Source of the DNA: Chrysomallon squamiferum
Lineage: Eukaryota > Animalia > Mollusca
DNA length: 64,000 bases
Assembly (NCBI GenBank): GCA_012295275.1
Contig: CM022678.1
Location: forward strand, 14,198,001 to 14,262,000
Reading direction: 5' to 3'
The notes below the pieces were generated by a model, which did not search any database, was not told the origin of the DNA, and was given only the letters and a program-made list of their open reading frames with translations. Position numbers and translations under genes: made by a program. How positions within the stretch are numbered: the stretch's first letter is position 1; each line of letters opens with the position of its first letter. Shown here in pieces: positions 43,192-54,676 of the stretch.

Positions 43192-43941
43192 TTACCTAGA
43201 ACAATAAATAACAATAAAGAAATAAAACTGTCATAAATATATTATACGATTTCATGAGGTCAAACTATTTATCATGGGTGTGATAACGCAGGTATCTGCA
43301 GCCCGAACATGCCAAAAGACGATTTGGAAACAGGTTATGCCGAGTTGAACAAAAACAAGTCAGGTAATCAGAGCAATGCATATCTATCCTGTTTGTATAC
43401 TTTCTACTAACTGTTGTATTTATTTATTATTAAAATGTAAACGATCTAAAAACAGAGTTATTATTTCTTCTTAAAGTACAGGATCATGGAGTTTATATTA
43501 TACTTATTTCTCATTGCCACTTACTGTCTATCCGTCTCTGAGTCTGTCTGTCTCTCTGTCAACGGTTTATCTTATATTTTTAGAGAAAAAAGGTGCCGAA
43601 GATTCTGAAGGCGATGTGGAACCTGCAGGTAATCAGTCAAATAATGAAACTTCTGTTTATATGTGTTTCTGCATGTCTAGTTATGCTTATATATATATGT
43701 ATGTATTTGTCTGTTTGTCTGTCTTTCTCTCTACTTCCTTCCTAACTCTACCGACATTTTATCAATATTATGTCCAAGGTCAAAATCTACTTACTTCTCA
43801 GACTTTAATTATTGTTTTTCAGACGTGAAATGTCTTGCTGATTGTAGCTACCTTACTTTGGAGTGCGGAGATTCTTCACAGACTGCAGACATAGTCAGCT
43901 GTGAGGTGTTCGTGGACGCTAAACCTATAACTTCCTTATAA
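35616..43941 (+). CDS. Type I membrane receptor: signal peptide - CUB-like - Ig - Ig - TM - tyrosine-motif tail, 15 exons, ~514 aa
   Basis: Exons: 35616-35670 (signal MKKVDLLVLAVLCFFVRY); 37455-37539, 37880-38001 and 38412-38570 (CUB-like: C..CW..C..WCG..FFNSD..F.LRY); 38964-39242 (Ig: LSC..YSW..DFGYYTC); 39550-39828 (Ig: YGP..LRC..YKW..DAGEYTC); 40745-40858 (TM then RRK); tail exons 41374-41395, 41735-41760, 42153-42212, 42609-42668, 42935-42982, 43292-43363, 43584-43628 and 43823-43941. All junctions are GT-AG with compatible phases and the frame is open to TAA. Confidence 0.85.
37095..37230 (+). mobile_element. Probable hAT-element terminal fragment in receptor intron 1
   Basis: ggggggagcacactttttt-ggcttgcgagctactttttaaatgaccaagtcaaaatgatctacc resembles hAT/Charlie-type 5' ends. 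No partner end was found. Confidence 0.35.
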
Positions 43942-43984
43942 CAGCAAACGACCGTTTTCAGCACATGAATTCTAATATGATACA

Positions 43985-44470
43985 TGTATGGGATAACAGT
44001 TTCTGATATTATACACGTGTGAGATAAACAGGTTTCTGATATTATACACTTGTGAGATAAATAGGTTCCTGATATACAAGTGTGAGATAAACAGGTTTTA
44101 ATATTATATAAGTGAGACAAACAGGTTTCTGTGTGAGATAAACAGGTTTCTTATATTATACACGTATGAGATAAACAGGCTTCTGATATTATACACGTTT
44201 GAGATAAACAGATTTCTGATAAACAAGTGTGAGATAAACAGGTTTTAATATTATACAAGTGGTAAATAAACACGTTTCTGATATTATACACTTGTGAGAT
44301 AAATAGGTTCCTGATACACAAGTGTGAGATAAACAGGTTTTAATATTATATAAGTGAGACAAACAGGTTTCTGTGTGAGATAAATAGGTTTCTGATATTA
44401 TACATGTGTGAGGTAAGCTTCTGATAAATAGGCTTCTGATATTAAAAAAGGTGTAAGAAACATATACTTC
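43985..44470. repeat. Degenerate ~33-bp tandem repeat just after the receptor stop codon
   Basis: Recurring gtgagataaacaggtttctgatattatacac units with length variants. Confidence 0.9.
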
Positions 44471-45837
44471 TGATATAAATGTAGCGACTTAGACTGCTGA
44501 ACTGCGGGGTATTTATAAAGCTGCTGATTGTCTGTGTGGACAAAACCGACAGATGTTCTTTATGTCGTTGTCTACTTTTTATCAATTTATGTATTTTGTA
44601 TTAAATAACAATATTTATAAAACAAAAACAATACAGTTTTAAAATAAAGTTATGAAATTAATGAAGTTTTTTTTAACCAGATCTGTAAAGTTTCTTACAG
44701 CTGCATCCTGACTAAATATCAATAATAATTTAGAACAGAATCGTGCAATATTTGTGATACTCGTATATATTTATATTTATAAATATCGAGATATAAACTG
44801 GTTAGGAATATCAACGTCGTCATAAGTAGATTATTATTAGTATAATCATCTTCTTCTTTATGTCTAGTTGAAACATTTTGTGAATGAGAGTTGTATTCCC
44901 AGCACAATTACTTAATTACTGAATTAATTACTTTATATACAATGTATATACTTACTTATGAAAACAAAAGATACACAAAAATATTTGATGTAACGTGTAC
45001 TTGAAAAAAACTATAAACAAATATTTTATAACAACCGCCACAAAACATATACATTATTTTGAAAGAATCCGTTTAAAAGCAGAACAATAATACAGAACTG
45101 ATGGTTAAATAACTTATTGATCAAAATGTTCTGCAGAAAATGCATATATTTTAATACTCCAAATCATGCCTTGTACCAGTACATAAAGAATTCTTTATTT
45201 ATTTATTTATTTATTTATTTTATCAATAGATCTTAATCTGCCATCTTTAGAAAACTAAATTTAAAAGATTCATGATTATTCACTAGTTAATTAGATAATT
45301 CAGTGTGAAATGCAATATATATATTTTTTTTCTTCTTCTTCTTCGCTGTTTTTCTTGAACAAAACAACAACAACAAACAAACAAATGCATCAATACCTAA
45401 AAGGTATCAAGATCCACTTTCTGGAACCTAGCAACATGCTAAACATTTTACAAATAAAAAAAATCTCTTCCTAATTTTTCATTCATGTTCTGCTAGAGGT
45501 TCTGTATCTAACTATGACTAAAAACTGTAGAGTATTTATAGCAGTGAGTTCTTACAATTCAGTTTACAGTGACAATTCTTCAAGAGATGAAACTTCTAAG
45601 TCAGTTTCAGAAATTCAGTACAATCATAGCACAACATGTATAGCAATTTTTAATATTCTAGCCAATATTAGCATTTTTAAAATTTTCAAAATTAAATGTT
45701 TCTAGTTTCATTTTATTTATTATTGCTTTTTTTTTTTTTTTTTTTTAATTTGTTTTTGTGTTAAGTTGTTTTGTTTTGTTGTTCTATTTTTTAATTTATA
45801 TATGTATATATATATGGAAAAAAAAATAATAATAAAA

Positions 45838-46816
45838 ATGAAAAACTAAAGTTTTACCTCCAGCAAAATGGCCGCCACAATGTTGCCATGACGTTTAAAT
45901 TATAGTTAAATAAAAACAAGAAACCCATAAATATCAAGACAAAAATAATAAATTTTAATAAATATATATACAGTTTCTAAAATTAAACTTAGAATGAGAG
46001 GAATTATTTATCAAATGCATTACAAAAAAATGCATAAGCATTAATCAACAAAAGAAACATATATCATTTGTTCTTTTTTGAATTATTTGTTTTTTGGAAA
46101 AAGTTAAGTGCTGAAAATATTATTTATTTCATTACTTAAGTAATAATAATATGAAACATTAATATGTACGAACTTTACATTTAATAACACAGCAACCACA
46201 TTTGAGTGCCACACACGTGGTTTCATGGCAAAACTCCAGTGTACAAAAGCCTACTCGTTAATAAGAATTCCGCATAAAACCCCATTAAGAAACATTTCTA
46301 ATTGAACTTGAAAATAATTTTTGACTGAAATCTGATGCTGGTTGTTTTCGTTCATGTCATTCAACTGCGGACACACTCAAAGATATAGTCAGAAGTCGAT
46401 GGCTCCAGTTAGCAACAATTATGAAACACATAAATGAACAATGTACAGTATTTGGATGGATGTTTTTATTAGAAGCCTGTTTGCAAATAAAAGTAGCATT
46501 CCCTACCCCCCCAAACCCCCCCCAAAACATCGTAAAACTAAAAATGAAATACAAGGTCATGAAATCTTTCAGCCATTGTCACACAGAGCGGTACCAACAT
46601 CTAGAAATAATCATGTTAATCGTAAATTTCTCAATACCACTTATTGTTTTAAGTATGTAAACATCCTCAATGTGTATATCTTGCAAATTATTGGACGACA
46701 ACGCCATTATTGAGTATTTGGTTAACCGTTCAATTTAAAATAACAATAATCATCGTCACCTAAACTGTGACAAAAATCAATTATAAATGAAAAAAGTCAA
46801 ATAAAATAAATTTGCA

Positions 46817-46857
<41 letters not shown>

Positions 46858-47380
46858 GTATTCATTCTTGCTATTGAATCATTTTCAGTTAATGATATTA
46901 GAAAAAGGAAAACAATATTTACCTAAATTATCTTAACAAAATAAATCACTAAGAGGTTTATAATTAATAAAAATCATAAAAGTATATATTTTAACAAACT
47001 AAAAAGAACAGTAAGTATATTTTATAACTTAGTAAATTTCTTGATGATAATTTCTTACTTAATCATGCAAAATAATAATTAAAACATCTTCACTTTATTT
47101 TCTAATTTGTTGTTTTTATCATCGTCATATAGAAGACAATGTTGGATTTTATGTACACAAGTCAGCGAATACAAAAATAAATTATCTCTTTGTGTTTAAT
47201 TTTATCGAGGCTGCTGGCAAAAAAATAAAAATAAAAAAATAAAAAAATAAAAAAAATTATAATAAATGAAAAAACTAAAGTTTTATCTCCAAGCAAAATG
47301 GCCGTCATGACGTTTAATTATAGTTAATGAAAACAAGAAAACCATAAATATCAACAAAAAATAATAATAAATTGTAATAA
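45838..47380. repeat. Dispersed duplication of ~120 bp (45838-45960 and 47265-47380)
   Basis: Both copies read aaaaactaaagtttta.ctcc..gcaaaatggccg...catgacgtttaa.ttatagttaa...aaacaagaaa.ccataaatatcaa. Confidence 0.8.
46770..47045 (+). pseudogene. Degenerate copy of receptor intron 7 and its first tail microexon (source 41115-41430)
   Basis: Shared blocks ttcattcttgctatt.aatcattttca.ttaatgat and aacaaaataaat.ac.aaga..tttataa.taa.aaaaatcata. The donor context gaacagtaagtatattttataacttagtaaatttcttga corresponds to gaacggtaagaatattttattactttgtaaagttcttga. The acceptor AG is lost. Confidence 0.65.
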
Positions 47381-47766
47381 ATTGTAATAACTTTCTACTG
47401 TACAAAATGAACTAGTTTAAAATCAGCAACTTGTTAGCTGCATTTAATGCGATTTCATCCAAATGTAGAAGAAACGTAGATACGGAAAGACAGGTAATCA
47501 CTGACAGATTTTAAATATTTATATACATTTGCTCCTATTTTATTTTATTTTTAAATTTATTTTATCAGTGTTTTAATTTCTTTACTTTTTAAGTTTCTTT
47601 TCTGATATATTTATTCTATTGTTTAAAATTTTAAAATTATTTTAATCAGTTATTTTTCTTAATTTTAATTAATCTATATTCTATTTATTCTTTTATATAT
47701 ATATAAAGCTCATTATTATGGGTTTTCAGTAAATTTTTCTGATATCCTATTAAGTCTTATTTAAAC

Positions 47767-47812
<46 letters not shown>

Positions 47813-48149
47813 GTGTTAAAATGTTTCTTGTTTTGTTTCTGAAATATTTTTTAATGTCTTTTTTAGTTATTACTATTATTAATTTTTTAAATCCACTTCT
47901 GGAGAATCTTTTCCAAATGTTTGCTGTCACAGAGAAAAGGGATATCTGTATAATATTGACAGGTAATGAGAAATATGAGCGTGACGGATGTTACATCAGC
48001 AGGACTGAGTTCATTTCAAAATTATTTGAAATCTATAACTGTACAAATAATTGTAAAGTGAAGGTGAAAGGCTATAGAAAAATACCAGTTATAATTCAGC
48101 TTGTATAAGAAAACTATTTTTACATAATTGCGCGTGATGGTTGTTAGAT

Positions 48150-48693
48150 TCTGTCCCTAAAATAACATGAAGTTTTTGGTTCACTGCTGCGATGACAAGA
48201 TCATTTTACTTTATGATCAAGCTGATGACATGCTCTTGTATCAAAAGCACGGTTAATCAAATGGCTGAACTTTTCACTTTACTTTATCATTTGTCAGAAC
48301 GGAAAGGACACAGTGACCATCCTCCATGGAACCGAGCACTTCTCTGATGTTTTGGACATCAGCAAACACTTCTTTCAATCTAAGGGCCTCATTTCGTGTT
48401 CCTACATCGAAGATATTCATTTCAAATACACTCTCAACTAAGGAAGATGCATGCTTCACCTCTATTATCTTCCTTTGTTTCACTGCAGCACAGACGTACC
48501 ATTTTACAATGCAACCTATACCATCAACATGCCCTTCTAATATTTTTCTTAAGCTTTTCTGTAGCGAAATCATAGAAACTGCTATGAAGCGGTTTCTGAA
48601 TTGCGGCGCTGGTCTATCAGAGCAAATAAATAAAGTCTTGGCCATGCAATTTATTTATTTTATTTATTTATTTATTTATTTATTTATTAATTA

Positions 48694-48738
<45 letters not shown>

Positions 48739-49340
48739 TTTTTTTTTTTTTTTTTTTTTTTCTTATTTTTCTTTTTTTTAATTATTATTATTATTATTTT
48801 TTTTTTTTTTTTTTTTGAAGATTTTACATGACGAAATTGGAGTTGACTTTTCTTTAAAAACTGAAATTTTTTGGCCAAAAATATCATCATGCTGCAGCTG
48901 ATATCATTGGTATTTGGTGAAACATTCTTTTGTGCAACGATGATGAATTAATAAGAGTAGCAAAAACTTTCCTTGATTTATATGAATGTACACTTGTTAC
49001 AGTTTTCTTTTCTCTCTAAAATTCAGATAACATAATATGAAGACTGACTGATATATTTTTAGCTTTTCCTTCGCTAACAGAATTAGAAAGAATATGATTA
49101 GATACAACTCAGACTTTTTTTCGTGGTGGATGTCACATTCCTTCAATATTTAGTTAGCTATTTCCAAAAAGGATTTTAAATTAGTTCTTTTTTTTAAACT
49201 GATGCTATGGACATTATGAACTAAGTGGCAGGCTTAATATTCCTGTCTTTGCCTGTAATTTGTGTTTTCCATAAATTTGAACCTTTGCATAAGGAAATAT
49301 TAAAATTATTTCTCTCTTTTGTTTCCTTTTGTCCCTTCAG
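48150..49340 (-). mobile_element. Decayed DNA-transposon transposase remnant (Sola-like DDD type)
   Basis: ORF 48274-48645 has FICSDRPAPQFRNRF and GHVDGIGCIVKWYV..AV, resembling the SDG..sQFKN / GKG.vDGIGG.vKR motifs of these transposases. It is interrupted by microsatellites and the boundaries are uncertain. Confidence 0.55.
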
Positions 49341-49841
49341 CGTGGAATTAATTTAACAGATTTCGATATCGGGCCGACAGCGCACCGCGGTATGGAAAAC
49401 TTCCACTCGCTGAAAATTAGTTCAAAATGTCGCCCTCTTCCCGCTGATGAGGCAGTGTTGATAGACAAAGGTTCACCGTAAAGAAACTGACAGATGATAT
49501 TTCTAAGCAGCTTATACCGGTGTTCTAAACGTGTACAGTAGCACAAATATTGCACTGAATTCCTTTCTAAATTATTATTGATATTACTGCTAAGTTACAA
49601 ATAACAAAACCGAAACATTAAAATCAATGATAATAAATTGTAATAGTTCTGTCCCGAACAGATTAATTAATTAATTAAAATAAAATACCGGTAATCATCC
49701 CGCATTTTTTCAAAAACCAAACTATACAAATACAATATATATAACAAAAAGTAAAATCAGTTTATTAAAACTAGTTATAAAAGAATATTTTTGTATAGAA
49801 TTATCTTTTTTCTTTGTTATTAGCCAATCACTTATTTTGTT

Positions 49842-49876
<35 letters not shown>

Positions 49877-50012
49877 CTTACTTAAGATTTTAAAAGTATT
49901 TATAATAATAATAATTAAAAACTCAGCAATAAACCAACAACAAATTTATTTTTGATTTTTATTTATTTCTTAAAACTTTTTAAAATATGTTTATTCATTC
50001 ATTCATTCTTAA

Positions 50013-50069
<57 letters not shown>

Positions 50070-50887
50070 CGGGTTTTAAGTTGCAGTTGTTTCACGCTAA
50101 TCTTCATTTGGTTGTATATAACCTGTAACTCTGTATACGTGTTTGACTTAGCTTACTCAGTATTTATATAGTCAGACATTGTGTGACTTTGCTATGAGCG
50201 GAGGCCTTACCTTGTTTGCTTAGGTTTTAGTTATAACATTATTAGGGCAGAAAGCATGATTTTTTTAGTACAGTTATGTTCGGTGAGTATAAATTTGATA
50301 TTTTAGTTTGAATTTGAATGTAGGAGTGTTGTACTTCTTTTGGTGACATCAGCTTCAGTACAAATGACTGATTGTCTATTTTTAACTACAATTTTCTCAG
50401 CTGAAAGGTTTTTATATATGGAATCAATTATATCAAACGTACTGTGTAGATTTCGCTCTGTACAGCCTTGTGTACCCATAAGAAGCAGTGAAGTGAAAAA
50501 TTAACAGTTTTTAAGATAATAGTTCCAGGTGAAAAACGGATTAGTGAGTTTTTAATTCAAGTACATTATCTAAATAAATCTGCTTTAGTATAGAATAATA
50601 TAAATAAATATAAAATATAAATACATACAGTTTTAAAACTCTTCTATATCATCAGACAAAAATTACCTGGTTTCATCAAAACACTTAGCTAGAAAACATT
50701 CCTTCAGAGCACAAATTCATTATTGACGTAAATTTGATAATTCTGTTTTTTGAATAATTAGTTACACTCTAAATGAGAAAAATTATAAACAGACCCGCTC
50801 AACATGGTTCTTGCATTCATTAAGGCTTTAGCGACACGTTTGAAACACTGTTATACATGATATGTACATAATTATTAACATTTACAA

Positions 50888-52264
50888 CAGGGGTGTGCAA
50901 ACTTTCTGATCTTATAGGTCGCAGTGCTTTAACTTCACTGACACTACGGCCGCACAAATTTCATTGTGATTACGTGAAATTTGATATGATTTTGCATAAT
51001 TTTCTAACAGTGACTTAATGCTGCGTATAAATAATGGGTGAGTTTACATGTTTCCATGAGAAATGAGTTCATGCCTCTATGATTCCCATTAAAGTAAAAA
51101 AAAGAAAAAAAACAGTTATTAAATAACAACTTTAAAACTCACCTGCTCGTACAATGAATGGCATGGTCTGGTGTGTTCATTGCCAAATTCTTGAAACTGA
51201 CGGGCAAGGTCAAGAAAATCAATCGCAAGGATGATTCCAAGTTACAGTCTGTCAAGCGTGATCGATATTTGCTTTTCTAGTCTTTCATTTTGAAGAATGC
51301 TGCCTCGCATCAGTATGTATTCCCGAAGAGAACGAGGTATATCGAGTCCATCTCACGAAGATTCGGGTTTGCCACCAACCATTTCCATATTTCCAGTAGA
51401 CCAGCCCTCGTTAAATTTGTTCTTTAGAATGGCGTCACTTTTCCATTTAAAACTATGGTGGGGCGCTTTCGGTTTCGACTGTATGAAGAGCAGTTTTATT
51501 TTTATTTCATGGAATTCCTGCAAAAATGGATTGGGCCACTCTCCACTAAGATACGGGCCACTCTGTACTAAGATATGTGCCATTCTGTACGAAGCTTCAA
51601 TAAAGTCTTAAAAGTAGATTTCCGCTGTTTCAACTTCTTCTTCACGTTCTCCACCATAACGTTTCTTGACTCACTATCCAGCTTAGCTTTGCGTGGTTCA
51701 CCTCGACGATAGAACTGTTTGGCGTTGTCCCCTTTCACTGTTTTGATTACTTCTTCACATATCAAACACTGCATGCGGCTGTGTGCGATCTCAATCACGA
51801 AGTAGTCAACATCCCACTGTTGTTGAAAGTCATTTTCTCAGATGCTTAAGTGCGTCGCCTTTTCATGGGCAGTGATAATATACTGCAATTTCACTGAGTA
51901 GAAGTCACAGTTGAAATCACCGCTTCTTAGCAAGATGGTACGAACAAGAAATGAGAAGTTTTACGAACTGACACTCAGACTGCAGTTTGGCCGATCGTGC
52001 AAACATCTGCAAGTGCTCGTGCTACGTCAACTTCCACTGTCGTCAGTAAGAAGTATGACGGATGCTGTCACGTGAACGACGTGACTCGGTATTTCTTTTC
52101 CCAGTTCATAAACACTGTCGGATCTAAAAATGAATATTGGGCGCCTTGTTGTGTACGGCATCTGACAGTCATAGGAATTCATGCAGCGTCGTTATATTTT
52201 TAAAAAAAGACGTTAAATGTGATGAGGCTACATCCTTACCACGGTCATAGATTGCGCACACCTG
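50888..52264 (-). mobile_element. Internally deleted hAT (Charlie/GTF2IRD2/SPIN-like) transposon, ~1.38 kb
   Basis: TIRs caggggtgtgcaaac and gattgcgcacacctg match at 12 of 15 positions; flanks are atttacaa and atttagag. Remnant N-terminus FQQQWDVDYFVIE..MQCLIC..K.DNAK.FY and C-terminal dimerization remnant TY*CEAAFFKMK..SKYRSRLTD.NLES. Confidence 0.85.
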
Positions 52265-52659
52265 ATTTAGAGATAACCATTCAGACTTGGAAGATAAACA
52301 GAAAACAAAAACAGAGGCTGAGAAAATAGCGAAAATAATTACAACAAAACTTGCTATTCGTCGATAAACACTTTTATTTTATAGAATGTTACTTATTTAT
52401 TACACACATACTACCCCCTTCACCACCACCCCTGCAACAAACTAACGTACCCCCCCCACAAACACACACACATATATCAAATATATTTACTTTTTTCTTG
52501 GCTTAGACATTGAAATACAATTTTGAAAGTAGCTTTCTTTAATGAGATACCAAATTATTATTTAAGAATATTTTTCTGTTTTAATGTATAATCTGTGAAT
52601 CAAATCGAAATCTATAAACGTAACTTTCAAGAACAGTGAGTTTGAGATATGTTGGTTTC

Positions 52660-52719
<60 letters not shown>

Positions 52720-53032
52720 TACTTAGGATTGCTGAATAAGAGAAGTAACTACTCAGGTGGAAGGGTCAGATGAATCACGTCATTCTAATCGTCGCAGGAT
52801 AAAGCTGATTGTTAAGATAGTATTATTATTATTAACATTAGCATTATTGTACAAAATAAGTGTGGTTATCACAAAATTCTGTGCAGTGAATCACTTTATT
52901 GAATTTGTTTTCTTACATTATATTAACTACATCCTCACCTAAACAGATACAAAAATTAATTTAGCCGATATACACGTTATGAATATTTGTTTTGCCTTTA
53001 AACCAGTTTAACGTGTAAATGGTTAATGTTTT

Positions 53033-53541
53033 TTAATTAGGAATGCATTTTCCTATGACAGGTTCGTCGTAATCACATTCCATGCGACGGCAGCAATCTT
53101 CGTCCTTTATGCACGGCTTCTTGTATCCTGCACATTCTGCACGTGCCACACGAACCATGGCATCAGCACGTGCAGCGCGGTTCCTTAAGTGCAAATGATA
53201 TTGTTAATTCTTTATGCGTTTTAAACAGGACTTTCTTTATTTACACATTCGTTCTTTAATCAAAATTTGTAATATTAAAACTAAATAATAATTTCAACAG
53301 ATGACATATTTTTATTTTTTATTTTATTTTATTTTATTTTTATTTTTTATCATTTTATTTAAATTTATATTTATTTATTAGGTATTTGTTTAACGTTTTG
53401 TTTATTTATAAAATGAATATTTTCTGTAATAGCGAAATAATAATATATATCGCTGTGAGAAATAACTGAGACCAAGAATTAACACAACGTAACCGAAAAT
53501 AATGAAAAGAAATAACATAAAACTTGAATAAACCAAACCAA

Positions 53542-53604
<63 letters not shown>

Positions 53605-54192
53605 AATAAATAAATGAAATAAAATAATTATTTATATTTTTTACACAACAACAGTCTATATATTGATCGACTGAGTTTCATTTTGTTTTCTGTATTATTA
53701 TTACTTTTTCCATACTTCTGTTTACATGAACATGATGATGATAACGATTATGACTTTTATCACAAACATCCACTCACAGTTCTTTATCGTCTTCTCTCTT
53801 CACGGCTGACGCAGCTGAAGTTAGTAATTACTTTACAAGATTAATTTTATTAAAAATATTATATTTTTCTTTTTTCATCTTGAAAATGTGTGTGTGTGTG
53901 TGCGCGCGCGCGCACACACACACACACACACATACATATATAAGAAACGAACATAAAAAGAATAACATGTACCTAACACTAATATTAAAATCAGTGTTGA
54001 ATTTGGATGGGGGTTCGCCCTATTTTTTAGTTTCCAGTTTTTGTCCCTTTTTGTACTCAACTTTTCTTAGTTAATTAAAATTAACTTGTTTATTTCCTCC
54101 ACTGATTAAAATATTAAAAACTGTGTAATAATAACATACATACCTAAAACAGCGAGTAAGCAGCGGAGTGTGAGGAATACAAATACATTCAT
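53033..54192 (-). CDS. Secreted inhibitor-cystine-knot (knottin, conotoxin framework VI/VII-like) precursor, copy A, 78 aa
   Basis: Exons 54192-54144 (signal MNVFVFLTLRCLLAVL), 53814-53778 (pro AASAVKREDDKEL) and 53183-53033 (NRAARADAMVRVAR|AECAGYKKPCIKDEDCCRRMECDYDEPVIGKCIPN*). Phases 1 and 2 are consistent and all introns are GT-AG. Cys spacing is C-x6-C-x5-CC-x4-C-x9-C. AATAAA lies at 52900-52895. Confidence 0.85.
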
Positions 54193-54590
54193 TGTCTTCT
54201 TTCTGGTGTTCCCAAAAACAAAATGAATGTACTGAATTTATACAAGGCGATTTGCGTTCTGGATCACAGCTGTTGTTGTAATTAAAATAGTTTTGAATTA
54301 ATTATGATAATCGAATTAGAAAACATAAAAAAATTATACATATTTATAGAGATTTTTTTTTTTTTTTTGCAATTTGGCAGAATCAGTAATATTAGAACAC
54401 AAAACCGACACGAAAACATAACAAGTAATTTATTTAGATTCATTTGGTATGAGCTTAAATGTAACTGAGTGGTTGTAATATTTTCATCCGAAAGTCATGA
54501 GTAGATTTCTCTCCCTGCTGCCATATGTAGCTAAAAGAAGCCTTGCTGCTATAGAAACAGTGTAAAAATTAAAAAAACCTATTCATATAC

Positions 54591-54676
54591 CTTTCAGTTG
54601 TGAGACTGTTCTCATTCTATTTTATTTTATTTTTATTGAAGCCAGATGTCAGTCTAACCAGTTCTAACCATTTATA
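54591..54676 (-). promoter_or_regulatory. TATA box and putative non-coding first exon of knottin A
   Basis: Minus-strand TATAAA at 54676-54671, AAG|GTATAT donor at 54590, and a cag acceptor just upstream of the signal-exon ATG. Confidence 0.5.

Noticed and set aside
47821-48108. 95-aa plus-strand ORF
   Set aside because: It has no recognisable motif or splice partners and begins in low-complexity AT-rich sequence.
50200-50710. Minus-strand donor sites and a ~57-codon open stretch
   Set aside because: It could not be linked into a phase-consistent gene and has no recognisable domain.
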